Shown: positions 19,788-30,189, counted from the first letter of the stretch. The stretch: 64,000 bases of DNA from Alphaproteobacteria bacterium (GCA_964291265.2 OZ219747.1:576001-640000); one strand, 5' to 3'. Made by a program: numbers and translations. Notes: a model not told the origin generated them from the letters alone.

Positions 19788-20558
19788 ATGAGCCGTCTCG
19801 ATATCCACCAGATTCCGGTTCTCTCCGACAACTACGTCTACCTCGCGCACTGCCCCGAGACGGCGGCCACCGCGGTCGTCGATCCGGCGGTCACGGAACC
19901 CGTGCTCGACGCGGCCGCGAAGAAGGGATGGTCCATCACGCACATCATCAACACCCACCATCACGACGATCACACGGGCGGCAATCTCGGCATCAAGCGG
20001 ACCACGGGCTGCACCGTTGTCGGGCCGGAACCGGATCGCGACCGTATCCCGGGGATCGACGTCATGGTCGACGAGGGCGACACCTTCATGCTCGGGGCGG
20101 CCGAGGCCCGGGTCTTCTTTGTCCCCGGACACACGCGCGGGCACATCGCCTACTGGTTCGCCGACTCGGCGGCGCTCTTCTGCGGCGACACCCTGTTCGC
20201 CATGGGCTGCGGCCGGCTGTTCGAGGGAACCCCGGTCCAGATGTGGGGTTCACTGCAGAAGCTCATGGATCTGCCCGGCGACACGCGCGTCTACTGTGCC
20301 CATGAGTACACCCAGGCCAACGGCCGATACGCGCTCACGGTCGACCCGCAGAACGACGATCTCGTGCGTCGCATGGCGGTTGTCGACGACATGCGCTCCA
20401 GGAACCTGCCGACTGTTCCCTCCACCATCGCCGAGGAACGGGCGACCAACCCTTTCCTGAGGCCGCGCAGTCCGCAGGTCATGAGAGCCCTCGACATGGA
20501 GGACGCCGATCCGGTGACGGTGTTCGCCGAACTGCGTGCGCGCAAGGACAGGTTCTGA
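19788..20558 (+). CDS. gloB: Hydroxyacylglutathione hydrolase (glyoxalase II)
   Basis: THHHDDHTGG, PGHTRGH, CGDTLF, CAHEYT, ERATNPFLR. Confidence 0.95.
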   Translation: MSRLDIHQIPVLSDNYVYLAHCPETAATAVVDPAVTEPVLDAAAKKGWSITHIINTHHHDDHTGGNLGIKRTTGCTVVGPEPDRDRIPGIDVMVDEGDTFMLGAAEARVFFVPGHTRGHIAYWFADSAALFCGDTLFAMGCGRLFEGTPVQMWGSLQKLMDLPGDTRVYCAHEYTQANGRYALTVDPQNDDLVRRMAVVDDMRSRNLPTVPSTIAEERATNPFLRPRSPQVMRALDMEDADPVTVFAELRARKDRF

Positions 20559-20577
20559 ACCCGAAGCCGGCGGCGGA

Positions 20578-21462
20578 TCAGCCGCTGGCATCGCCGCCAC
20601 GGCTGCTCCACCACGCCGTCCACCGTTCGTAGTCCGGTCCGATGTCGGCGCCGGTGATGGTCCGCAGCGACCAGGAGGAGAACCAGCGGACATCCTGGGA
20701 CGAATCCTGAAGAGCCTCGATCAGGTGCGGCACCGCTCTCCCGTCGCCGATCCGGCCAAGCGACCAGGCCGCCTCCCAGCGAACGCGTTCATGGTCGTCT
20801 TCCAGGGCCCCGATGAGCGCAGTGACGGCCGCCGGCTCGGCGGTCCCGCCGAGAGCCGAGGCCACCGAAAAGCGCACTTCATGCCCCGGTTCGTCGAGAG
20901 CCGGCAGCACGCTTGCCACACCCCAGACATCGATCATGACATTGACCAGCGCCTCGAGGAATCCGTCGGGTTTCACCAGCGTTTCGAGAAACGGGGCATT
21001 CTCCGGCTTCTCGTACCCGTGATCGATCAGCACCTCGAAGGGACGCTCGATCGTGGATGAGAAGGTCCGCATGCTCTCGTGTACCCCGGGGCCTGTGACC
21101 GCCACCTCGCCGGAAAGATCGGCGCCGGTGTAGAGATAGGTCCTGCCACGGTCGATGTAGAGCCTGCCAAGCGCCCGTCCCTCCAGGGTGACCCGAAGTT
21201 CCCAGCCCTCGCCGCCCGCATCGTCGTCGAGGGGCTCGATGTCCGCCGCCAGGAGCATGTCCTCGGCGTAGTCGACAAGCGGCAGTTCGAAGTCCTCCAG
21301 AAGGTGGAACTCCGGCAGCGACGCCTTGCGATACTCGAACTCCTGCTCAATCGTCACCGCGACCGCATCGGGAAGCGCCCCGGGGGACGCGTCGGAACGC
21401 GATGGCGCCGCCGCAAGGCCGGCGACGGCAACCGGGATGATGAGCGCACGTCCGCAAAACAT
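20578..21462 (-). CDS. Exported protein with C-terminal HEAT (PBS lyase-like) repeats
   Basis: Signal-like N-terminus; VRWEAAWSLGRIGD, AVPHLIEAL repeats. Confidence 0.75.
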   Translation of the reverse strand: MFCGRALIIPVAVAGLAAAPSRSDASPGALPDAVAVTIEQEFEYRKASLPEFHLLEDFELPLVDYAEDMLLAADIEPLDDDAGGEGWELRVTLEGRALGRLYIDRGRTYLYTGADLSGEVAVTGPGVHESMRTFSSTIERPFEVLIDHGYEKPENAPFLETLVKPDGFLEALVNVMIDVWGVASVLPALDEPGHEVRFSVASALGGTAEPAAVTALIGALEDDHERVRWEAAWSLGRIGDGRAVPHLIEALQDSSQDVRWFSSWSLRTITGADIGPDYERWTAWWSSRGGDASG

Positions 21463-21500
21463 GACGCGGTCATTCTAGACCGCATCGCAGGAAGGAGTCC

Positions 21501-22178
21501 CTACCTCGTCTCCCCTTCGAGCCACTCCTCAAGGGCGGCGGCGGCGCGTTCCCGCGTAGCGTCATCGAGAGTCTCCTCAAGCCTCGCGAGGTTCGCGGAC
21601 GCAAGGTCGTCGCCCGCACGGGCCGCGAGGCTGAGCCACACGAAGGCGCCGACGGTGTCGTATGGTTCCACGGTCAGCAACAGGAAACCGAGGAGCGACA
21701 TCGCGTCCCGCTCCCCGGCGCCAGCCGCCGCCTCGAGAAGGGTCCGGGCACCCATCGGGTCCGCCGGACCTCCCTTCGCCTCCAGAAGCAGGCGGGCGAG
21801 GCGAACCCTCGCCCGATCGTGCTCCTGAGCGGCAGCCTGACCGTACCAGTGCCGTGCCTCGGCCAGATCGACGGGAAAGGACCTCGGTTCCGCCGACACG
21901 TGACCGAATGCGGTTCCGGTCTCATAGCCATAGCCCAGGAAGAACTGCGCCTCGGCACTGCCCGCCTGGGCTTCGTCGCGATACCATGTCATCGCCTCGA
22001 CAAAGGTCTGCGGAACATCCGCGGCAGCGGGCAGCCCCGACCATCCGGTCGCCAGGACTGCAAGCACGACCAGACGCGTGTGTCGGAGGGTGCCATCCAC
22101 CAGGCTCAAAACAGTCACTCCCGCCCTGATCAGCTCATCCATGCCACATGGCAGATGCCGACAGTCCTGAAGCCCCAT
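21501..22178 (-). CDS. Sel1/TPR repeat protein
   Basis: AQFFLGYGYETG, ARHWYGQAAAQ, AFVWLSLAA. Start uncertain. Confidence 0.78.
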   Translation of the reverse strand: MGLQDCRHLPCGMDELIRAGVTVLSLVDGTLRHTRLVVLAVLATGWSGLPAAADVPQTFVEAMTWYRDEAQAGSAEAQFFLGYGYETGTAFGHVSAEPRSFPVDLAEARHWYGQAAAQEHDRARVRLARLLLEAKGGPADPMGARTLLEAAAGAGERDAMSLLGFLLLTVEPYDTVGAFVWLSLAARAGDDLASANLARLEETLDDATRERAAAALEEWLEGETR

Positions 22179-22271
22179 GAAGCGGCCGGTCGTTCATGTT
22201 ACTCCCGAACCGCGGGGATTGACCACAGTCGCAGCATGTTTCCTGTCAGGGAATTCGCGATGGCGCGGCCA

Positions 22272-23225
22272 TCAGCCGGAACCGTCATCACCGGTGAGGA
22301 TCGCCAGAAGCCGGCGGGCGGCAGCGTCAACCCCTGTGGTTCCGTCTGCCACGGCATCGACCAGACCGACGAGCCGGGGGTGGTGACGGGCCCGTTCACG
22401 GGCGAGGGCCAGGGCCGCCTCGATGATTTCCTGGCGCAGGGCCTGCCGGGTACGCCGCGGTGACCACGTGGCCGGATGACCCTCGTCGACAAGGAGCCCG
22501 GCAAGCTCGCCAACTCCGTCGCCCCGCGTGGCGACCGTCATGAGGACTGGCGGCACAGGTTCGCCCCTCCAGGAGACCGCCGCCTCCAGTGCTGCTTTGG
22601 CGGCATCTGCACCGGGTCGGTCGGCCTTGTTGACGACGACCAGGTCCACGGTCTCCAGAATCCCGGCCTTGGCGGCCTGGATGTCATCGCCGGACCCGGG
22701 CGGCCACACCAGAATGCTCCTGTCCGCCAGACGAGTGATCCCGGTCTCGGTCTGGCCGGTGCCGACCGTCTCGACGATGATGATGTCGCTTCCGGCTGCG
22801 TCCATCACGTCGATGATGTGCGACGTGGTCGTCGCCAGACCGTCCCCTCGACCCCTGGAAGCGTGACTGCGGACGAAGACCCCGCGGTCGGTGGCGTGGC
22901 CGGACATGCGGATGCGATCACCGAGAAGAGCGCCCCCTGTCACGGAGCTCGAGGGATCGATGGCGAGAACCGCGACCAGCTTCGAGCGGCGGCGGAACTC
23001 CCGGACCAGGGCGTCCGTCAGGGTCGACTTTCCGGCGCCGGGTGGGCCGGTCAGTCCCAGGACCAGCGCACGGCCCGCTTCCTTGCGGGCCATCTCGACG
23101 ATCGCGGCGGCGCCGGGATAGTCGTTCTCCACGGCGGTCACGGCACGGGCGACAGACGCGCGCGCGCCCCGCCCCATGGCGCCAACCCAGGAAGGAGCGT
23201 CCGGCCCTGAAGCAGGTTCTGTCAT
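22272..23225 (-). CDS. meaB: Methylmalonyl-CoA mutase-associated GTPase MeaB/ArgK
   Basis: GLTGPPGAGKST, DPSS..TGGALLGDRIRM, ETVGTGQ, NKAD. Confidence 0.85.
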   Translation of the reverse strand: MTEPASGPDAPSWVGAMGRGARASVARAVTAVENDYPGAAAIVEMARKEAGRALVLGLTGPPGAGKSTLTDALVREFRRRSKLVAVLAIDPSSSVTGGALLGDRIRMSGHATDRGVFVRSHASRGRGDGLATTTSHIIDVMDAAGSDIIIVETVGTGQTETGITRLADRSILVWPPGSGDDIQAAKAGILETVDLVVVNKADRPGADAAKAALEAAVSWRGEPVPPVLMTVATRGDGVGELAGLLVDEGHPATWSPRRTRQALRQEIIEAALALARERARHHPRLVGLVDAVADGTTGVDAAARRLLAILTGDDGSG

Positions 23226-23280
23226 GGCAGGGGAGAATAGCCTTGCCGCCGGTACCGACAACCGGCCTTCGCCGGAGCGG

Positions 23281-23709
23281 TCAGGGATCCTCTTCCCGGA
23301 GCGACATCAGGTAAGCGATCACGTCGGCGCGATCGTCCTCGTCCTTCAGCTTGAAGACCATCTTGTTGCGCACCCTTGACGCGTTCAGCGTTTCCTGCAG
23401 GAAGACCTTGGGATCCGTGATGTAGGCATCCACGCGCTCCGGCGTCCACACGAGGCCAGCCTCGCCGGCCTCGATCATGCTGCTGGAGAACCTGTAGTCT
23501 GCCGTTCCGGCCTGGCGGCCGAAGACACCGAGCAGGTTCGGACCCGCCGGCCTCGTCCTTCCAGCCTCCACCGAATGGCATGCCTTGCATTTCCTGAACA
23601 CCTTCTCGCCCCTGACGGGGTCTCCCGGCGTGAAGGCCACACCGAAGGTGGTGAACGCCACCAACGCCAGCACCCCTGGCAGCAACGCGGCTCGCATCAT
23701 GTCCGTCAT
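23281..23709 (-). CDS. Cytochrome c (c2/c550 family)
   Basis: Signal peptide, CKACH, GPNL.GVFGR, axial Met in NKM. Confidence 0.9.
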   Translation of the reverse strand: MTDMMRAALLPGVLALVAFTTFGVAFTPGDPVRGEKVFRKCKACHSVEAGRTRPAGPNLLGVFGRQAGTADYRFSSSMIEAGEAGLVWTPERVDAYITDPKVFLQETLNASRVRNKMVFKLKDEDDRADVIAYLMSLREEDP

Positions 23710-24290
23710 TCTCCAGCTTCCCCGGGCATCAACGGTGGAACGCAACGACGTCGCCGTTCATGGTGCCCCGCCTTCCATCACGAAGGGCGCGCGCCCCGGA
23801 TCGCGCACTCTTGTCGTCAGGAGCGTCGATGTCGACTCGGGTGTTTTCCTCTCGATGTCGCATGTCGGGATCGCGCTTGATCGTCCTGACAATCATGGGT
23901 CACGGTCAGCCAGGATCAGAGAAGGAGCGTGGCGCCCTCAATCCGGTCACGCGTTCCGATTGCCGAGACGCTCAAGGTCCCCGCAACGATGGTCTTCTAT
24001 CGCCTGAGCAGGCGCCGCCTGTCAATTTCGCTGCTGCGGCTCGGGGGCTGGCGATGACGAAAAACTCAGACCTCGCATCCGTCGGCACCCGCAAGGACTT
24101 CGACCGGGGAATCCGGCGCCATTGCAAGACCGCGCTCGCAGCCTGACCACCGGCCATGGCAGCGTCCCGCCGATGCTCTCGAAGAAGCAACCAGAAGGCC
24201 TCCGGATGACTTGCCATCGGTCCGGCCTCTATGATCTAGATGGCGCCTGCCGCAACAGTTGCTGAAGCTTAATGATCAAGGAGGCAGGTG

Positions 24291-25583
24291 ATGAGTGACG
24301 GCAAGACGATCGTTTTCTTCCCCGAGGCCGCATTCGGGCCGGCCCTCAATTCCGTGGGCATCGCCCAGGTCTGCCGTGACATGGGGCACCGCCCGGTGTT
24401 CCTGGCAGATCCCGGATTTACCGGCGTCTTTGCGGACTACGGCTTCGAGGAACATGCCGTGCCGATGTCCGAGCCCATGGAGCCGGAGGCCATGGCACGG
24501 TACTGGTCGGACTTCATCAACGGCCAGATCCCCAACTTCCACACGCCGCCCATCGAACAGGTCTCGACCTACATCAAGGCCTGCTGGGAGGCGATCGTCG
24601 AAACCGCCGTGTGGGCCGAGAAGTCACTTCCCGGCGTCCTTGCCAGGGTCGAGCCCGATCTCATCTGTGTCGACAACGTGGTCCTGTTCCCCGCCACCAA
24701 GCGCCACGGCGCGCCCTGGGTGCGAATCATCTCGTGCAGCGAGAACGAGATCGAGGATCCTGATATCCCGCCCCATCTCTCTGGTTGCCGCGAAGACGAC
24801 CCGGATGGCTTCCGTCTCTATCGCGAGGCGTTCGAGAGGGAAATCGCACCCATCCATGCGCGGTTCAACGAGTTTCTCGCCTCCTGTGGCGAGGCACCCT
24901 ATCCGCTCGGCCAGTTCTTCGAAACCTCTCCCTGGCTCAACCTTCTTCACTATCCCAAGCCCCTTGCCTTCCATCGTCGCCATCCCCTCGACGAGGAGAA
25001 GTTCGTCTACCTGGAGGGCTGTATCCGGGAGGAAGACCCTTACACCGTTCCGGACTTTGCCGTGAATCACGACAAGCCGCTTGTCTACGTCAGCTTCGGC
25101 AGCCTGGGATCGGGCGACACGGATCTCATGAAGCGCCTGATGACAACGCTGGGCACGCTGCCCTACAGGGTGCTGGTCAACGTCGGGGACTATGGTGAGG
25201 CCTACGACCATGTGCCGGCGAACTGTCATGTCGACAGCTGGTATCCGCAGCCTTCGGTCATCGCCGGGGTTGACGCCGTCATCCACCACGGAGGCAACAA
25301 CAGCTTCAACGAGTGCCTCTACTTCGGCAAGCCGTCGCTGATCATGCCCTATTGCTGGGACGGCCACGACAACGCGACCCACATCGACGAGCGGGGCTAT
25401 GGCCTCGCTAGGGAACGCTACACGTGGAAGGATGCGGACATTGCCGTCGCTCTCGAGAGACTGTTGAGCGATACCGCCATGAAGCAGCGACTCGAGTCAC
25501 TCTCGGCACACATGCAGGCCGAAGATGGCCGGCGCAAGGGCGCCAGGGTCCTCGACCAGCTGCTCCGGAAGAGCGCATGTTGA
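24291..25583 (+). CDS. GT1 (MGT/UGT-type) glycosyltransferase
   Basis: VYVSFGSLG, WYPQ, IHHGGNNSFNE, MPYCWDGHDNA. Confidence 0.85.
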   Translation: MSDGKTIVFFPEAAFGPALNSVGIAQVCRDMGHRPVFLADPGFTGVFADYGFEEHAVPMSEPMEPEAMARYWSDFINGQIPNFHTPPIEQVSTYIKACWEAIVETAVWAEKSLPGVLARVEPDLICVDNVVLFPATKRHGAPWVRIISCSENEIEDPDIPPHLSGCREDDPDGFRLYREAFEREIAPIHARFNEFLASCGEAPYPLGQFFETSPWLNLLHYPKPLAFHRRHPLDEEKFVYLEGCIREEDPYTVPDFAVNHDKPLVYVSFGSLGSGDTDLMKRLMTTLGTLPYRVLVNVGDYGEAYDHVPANCHVDSWYPQPSVIAGVDAVIHHGGNNSFNECLYFGKPSLIMPYCWDGHDNATHIDERGYGLARERYTWKDADIAVALERLLSDTAMKQRLESLSAHMQAEDGRRKGARVLDQLLRKSAC

Positions 25584-25915
25584 AGGCGTCGGTCCTCGCC
25601 GACGGACCGCTCGTCGACTGGGGACCGGTCGAGACACCGCTGGGTGAACCCGTCTCGCAGACCTCCGGACGACTCCTTGAAGGCGGGTCCGGCCGCTTCC
25701 CCGAGGCTGGGTACTGGCGCTGCACCGAAGGCCGCTGGCGTTGCGAGATCGCGCGGAGCGAGTTCTGCCACTTTCTCGAGGGTGAGTGCATCTACACGAG
25801 CGACGACGGCACCGTCATCGATGTGACCGGCGGAGACACCGTGTGGTTTCCCGCGGGCTGGAAAGGCGAATGCCAGGTCCTCGACAGCATCTCCAAGGTC
25901 TACCTGATCGTATGA
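25577..25915 (+). CDS. Cupin domain protein (DUF861-like)
   Basis: GYWRCTEG, EFCHFLEG, FPAGWKG. Overlaps the glycosyltransferase stop. Confidence 0.85.
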   Translation: MLKASVLADGPLVDWGPVETPLGEPVSQTSGRLLEGGSGRFPEAGYWRCTEGRWRCEIARSEFCHFLEGECIYTSDDGTVIDVTGGDTVWFPAGWKGECQVLDSISKVYLIV

Positions 25916-27210
25916 CCACCCCCCGCGGAAGGGTCTTCCTCGCTCTCCTTTGCGTCCTCATGCTCCACGTGCCGGCCTCGGGTTCCACCACCGCCGCCAG
26001 ACTCGAGGACCTCATCAGAACCCTCCTGGAGGCGGGCCCTGGCGGTGATGCCATCGCCTACCGGATCACCATGGCGCAAGGGAGGGATGGCGCCATCATA
26101 GCCACGCTCTCCGATATCTCCCTCCCCGACGCACCCACCCCTCTCGCAGTCGACGACATCGCCATCACCTGGAGACCGGCAGGCGGCGGCCTCTATTCCG
26201 CGTCCATGATGATACCGGCTGTCAGCGCGCTCGATGACGAGGGCCACAAGGTGGCCCGCTTCAGCGCCAGCGGGACACTCGACGTGCTCGTCGACATCGA
26301 TACAGGAGATCTCGAATCCGCCGCCATCGACGCCAGCGACGTGACGCTGTCCCTGGCCGGGGGCGCGGCAACGGTCCGCATCGACCACCTGGCAGCGTCC
26401 GTGACACCGCAGGAGACCGCACCCGCAACCCCGGAGGGTCAGGCGGAGATCTCTGTGGACGGACTGGCCGTGGCCGCTGGCGACGGGGCGACCGTCACAC
26501 TGGCCCGCGGCCATGCCACGACGCGGTTCCACGATATCCCGGCGACACCGGATCAGGCGGTCCTGGCGGAGGGAGCCTCCCTGGGGGGCAGGGTTTTCCT
26601 GGAGGGCCTCGCCGGTGTCAGCGGGTCGGGCGTGCGTGGCGCCATGGACCTGTCCCTCCTGGAATTCACCGTGTCGGGTACCGGCGGCAACCTGGGCGCC
26701 ATCGCCTTGCGGTACAGTCACGAGGGGCTCACCCTGGAGGACGCCGGGCTGGAGCCTGTCATGCCACGGTCCCTCGCCGGTGATGTGAACCTCGATGCCG
26801 TGCCGGTCGCAGGCCTGCCGGCTGCCTTCGCCCTCCCGTTCGGGAGCGCCGTGCCTGAGGGAGCCACGCTCGGCCTCGATGTGGACTGGACATGGCCCGA
26901 CGGCAGCGGCAGCATCAGCGGCCATCTCGCATCGGCGCAACGCGCACCGGTTCCGGCAACCGGGACCGTGAAGATCGTCACCACCGGCATGGCGGACCTG
27001 GTCAAGAACGTCATGGCGGCGGCGGGTACCGGCAATCTCCAGGCTCGCCGCCTTGTCACCTACCTCGCTCTTTTCAGGGCCATGGGCCGCCACGACGGGA
27101 CGGCGGCAGAGCCACGTCTCGTCCATGACATCGTGCTGGAGCCCGACAACAGGATCCTGGTGAACGACAACGACATCAACGTTCTCCTCGGCCTGCTGAA
27201 CGCCGACTGA
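25912..27210 (+). CDS. Hypothetical exported protein
   Basis: ATGA-coupled to the cupin gene; signal peptide; typical codon usage. Confidence 0.7.
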   Translation: MTTPRGRVFLALLCVLMLHVPASGSTTAARLEDLIRTLLEAGPGGDAIAYRITMAQGRDGAIIATLSDISLPDAPTPLAVDDIAITWRPAGGGLYSASMMIPAVSALDDEGHKVARFSASGTLDVLVDIDTGDLESAAIDASDVTLSLAGGAATVRIDHLAASVTPQETAPATPEGQAEISVDGLAVAAGDGATVTLARGHATTRFHDIPATPDQAVLAEGASLGGRVFLEGLAGVSGSGVRGAMDLSLLEFTVSGTGGNLGAIALRYSHEGLTLEDAGLEPVMPRSLAGDVNLDAVPVAGLPAAFALPFGSAVPEGATLGLDVDWTWPDGSGSISGHLASAQRAPVPATGTVKIVTTGMADLVKNVMAAAGTGNLQARRLVTYLALFRAMGRHDGTAAEPRLVHDIVLEPDNRILVNDNDINVLLGLLNAD

Positions 27211-27654
27211 ACCGGACAACGGCGCCCGCCGGACCTTCTTCCCTGGAGGACCATCGGGCTTCGGCGCGCCAGGTGGCCGTCTGCACGCATCAATTCGATC
27301 TAGGGCACCCCTCCCATCTCGCGCATCTCCAGGCTCGATTCCCCGGACAGGGACATGCCGACGGGCCTGGCCGGTGCAAGCCGCGTCGACGAACGTCCCG
27401 ATCTCGGTGAGCGTCGGGTTTGCTGAGCACCGAAGCACTGCTCTTGCGCGATGGTCTCCGTGGCCGCCGCTGGCGAACTCGTTCCCTCCGGCGGTCCTGC
27501 CGTCGACAGTCGACGGCGTAGACATAGCCCACTGCATCGCGATGCCGTCGGGCCAGGGATTCCGGTGCCACCTCGTAGCGCTCCAGGGCCGAGGCGAGCT
27601 CGGGGTTCTCGAGCGACAGTTGCAGGCTCGAGGGAGAACGTTCGTCCGCCACGT

Positions 27655-29985
27655 TCAGCGCCATGGCCTTTCAACCAGACACTGTGGAGTCCATCTTTTC
27701 AGCATATCGAGTTCCTGCAGTTTCCGCATATTTCGGTGATGTTCGACGAAGGCGAGGAGGAGTTTGTATCCCTGCCAGAGTTTCTCAGTCCCCGGCAGGG
27801 GTTGGCGTTTTCTGGGAATGAAGCCCGCCAGGCGTGCGACGTCGACGGCGAAGGCTGCGATGGTCGGTTCGGGATCGGGAGGTCCACGCGGCGTGCGCTG
27901 TCGGCTGACCTTATAGATGTTCAGGACCGTGATCTCGTCGCGGTGGACGATGTGGCTTGCCGGGGTGTCTGGTGCCGAGCGTGCGAGGCGCTCAACGGTC
28001 ATGACGCGGCATGCGGTGATGGCGTCGAAGGCCAGGCACTTCCTCAGATCGTCGGCCTGGTTGAGGCGCCGGTCCTTGATCCGGGTGCCGACCTTCAGGG
28101 CCTTGAAGTACTCTTCGATCCACCATCGCCTCTCGTAGAAGGAGACGGTCTTGAGGGCATCGTCTGCGGTGACGTCGCCTTCGGTGGTGAGCAGCATCCA
28201 GTCGAGAGGATCGCGGCCTGGCGGTGGAGCGGGTTCCGTGACCCGCACGGCCATCATGGAGAGCGGCGGCGTTGCCTGAGGCTTCTTGTCCGGCGGAGCC
28301 AGGTCGACCCTTGCCGCACGGACTTCGAGGCGTACGCCCTTGCGCTTCTTGCGACGACGCGGCCCTCCGCAGGCCGCGATGTCGATCTGCTTCGTTGCGA
28401 TGCACGGCTCGTCCGCCATGTAGTCCCAAAGGTCCCGGCAGGCGCCCGTTGCGGTGACCACGCGGCGCCGTGTCGAGCGCCTGACGCGCACCAGCAGACC
28501 GGCCTCGTGCTCCGTGCTCCGGGCCAGCAGGTCCCAGATGTCGCCTTCACGGTCACAGATCACCAACACCCTTGTCGAAGGACAGGCAGCGGCCAGTTCC
28601 ACGGCCTTGTCGTACCCGTCGAGCCAGCGCCGGCTCTCCTTGTCGTCTGGCTCGTCCTTCTTCTGATCCGGCTTGAGACGGAAGTCGGCGTCGAGATGGA
28701 ACAGGCCGAGGGATGAGCCGCCTTCGCTGAAGGCAACCCCGGCATGGGCCGCCATGCCAAGGGCGCCCGAGCCGCCGCCGCCGATGTCAACAAGACCCTT
28801 GGTCGCCTCCAAGCCGTTGTCATTCAAGAACGTCGTGTCCTGGATGGCAAGAATCAGGCGCTGCGAACGGCAGCGTTCCACCATCGCTTCCTGGTGCCCC
28901 TCAAGGATATGCTCCATCGTCACCCTCGGATTCGACAACAGGCGGTAGGCCGCCTTCTGCTCCGCCTCGCCGGGGAAGATCACCGGCAGGATCGCGCCGG
29001 GACGATCGTTCCACGCCCGGCCCATGGTGACAAGGCGCTCGCGGATGCGCACGTCACTGTGGCTGCTGCGGGCGTACTCCCTCATCGCCCAGTCGGTCCT
29101 GTCATCACCGACAAGGGGCGCCGCCTGGCCCATGACACGCTCAGGCTCCCGGCACAGCACGGCGCGCCAGTCAGGCGTCAGGGGCTTCATCCATACGGAC
29201 CGCTGCACGCCCGGGCCGGTGGCCCCGGGAGGTCGACCCGAGGTCATCTCCTCACAGCGCTCCCAGCCCGCCGCCCGGTAGCTCACGCCGCTGTGCTCGG
29301 GACCCACATACGTGTACGCCAGAACCGGCTTCACCCCGTACTTCTCGTGCCAGTCCGTAGCCAGACGCCGGCAGGCACAGGCCAGGGCATGGGAGGCCAA
29401 CTCCTTCACATCCACCGATGGAAGAATCAGGAAGCGATCATTGTTGACGATCTCGCCGAGGTGGGCGACACGGGCTCCCTGGGACCAGCCGATGAAGTCG
29501 TCGCGCGCCTTCTGGTGCCAACTCGCCGCACCAAACACCAGGCCGCCGAGGCGACCGTGGCGCGACGAGGTGATCCAGGTGCTCACCCGGGCCCCGGGTG
29601 CGCACGCCTCGCCTTCGGGATGCCAGGTCGCCATCATCGAACGGGCCAGGCGCTTGTCCTCGCCCTCGCCCACAGGCTCCAAGGTGACCTCTCCAAGGTC
29701 CTCCAGAGAACAGGCGAGGAGCTTGTCGGGATAGTCCCGCTCAAGGGTGTCGGCGCCGGTGCCGAAGGCATCAGGCCTTGGTGCAGGAAGGGCGATGTCG
29801 AGCGACGCAGCAAGGTCAGGCAGGGCCGCACGCGCCGAGGCAAGACACAGCTCGCCCTTCGCGTTGCGCCAGTCCTCGCGCTCGCACAATCCCCGCGCCA
29901 GAGACGAGCGTGTGCTGCCCTCGGCAGCCGACGCCGCCTTCAGCCAGTCAACCGCCGTCGACAGATGTCGAAAGCCGATCCTCAT
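27655..29985 (-). CDS. DUF4338 (DruA-like)-IS4/IS50-type transposase fusion, 776 aa
   Basis: ARDDFIGW, NNDRFLILP, TYVGPEHSGVSYRAAGW; then IQDTT, CDREGD, YERRWWIEEYFKALK. Stop codon lies in the flanking target DNA. Confidence 0.88.
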   Translation of the reverse strand: MRIGFRHLSTAVDWLKAASAAEGSTRSSLARGLCEREDWRNAKGELCLASARAALPDLAASLDIALPAPRPDAFGTGADTLERDYPDKLLACSLEDLGEVTLEPVGEGEDKRLARSMMATWHPEGEACAPGARVSTWITSSRHGRLGGLVFGAASWHQKARDDFIGWSQGARVAHLGEIVNNDRFLILPSVDVKELASHALACACRRLATDWHEKYGVKPVLAYTYVGPEHSGVSYRAAGWERCEEMTSGRPPGATGPGVQRSVWMKPLTPDWRAVLCREPERVMGQAAPLVGDDRTDWAMREYARSSHSDVRIRERLVTMGRAWNDRPGAILPVIFPGEAEQKAAYRLLSNPRVTMEHILEGHQEAMVERCRSQRLILAIQDTTFLNDNGLEATKGLVDIGGGGSGALGMAAHAGVAFSEGGSSLGLFHLDADFRLKPDQKKDEPDDKESRRWLDGYDKAVELAAACPSTRVLVICDREGDIWDLLARSTEHEAGLLVRVRRSTRRRVVTATGACRDLWDYMADEPCIATKQIDIAACGGPRRRKKRKGVRLEVRAARVDLAPPDKKPQATPPLSMMAVRVTEPAPPPGRDPLDWMLLTTEGDVTADDALKTVSFYERRWWIEEYFKALKVGTRIKDRRLNQADDLRKCLAFDAITACRVMTVERLARSAPDTPASHIVHRDEITVLNIYKVSRQRTPRGPPDPEPTIAAFAVDVARLAGFIPRKRQPLPGTEKLWQGYKLLLAFVEHHRNMRKLQELDMLKRWTPQCLVERPWR

Positions 29986-30038
29986 GGGCCACTATGTAAG
30001 GCCTCATGAACGTCGAGTTAAGCCTGTCCCGTTGAAAG
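27668..30038 (-). mobile_element. Complete IS4-family element (2371 bp)
   Basis: Imperfect TIRs CTTTCAACCAGACA / TGTCCCGTTGAAAG; 10-bp TSD GCGCCATGGC at 27658-27667 and 30039-30048. Confidence 0.88.
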
Positions 30039-30189
30039 GCGCCATGGCCGAACCCAGGTCCGCCTGTACCGCGCTGACGGATTCCCACATCCGGATTTGA
30101 AGATGCTCGGCATCAACACAAACGATTGCTTTCGAGTGTGAGTCAGCGCCGCCTGTTCGACCAGCGCGATCTTGCAGTTCCTCGACGGC

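Noticed and set aside
27655-29985. Druantia defence system
   Set aside because: The DUF4338 domains are fused to transposases inside IS ends; no DruE helicase or other dru genes are present.
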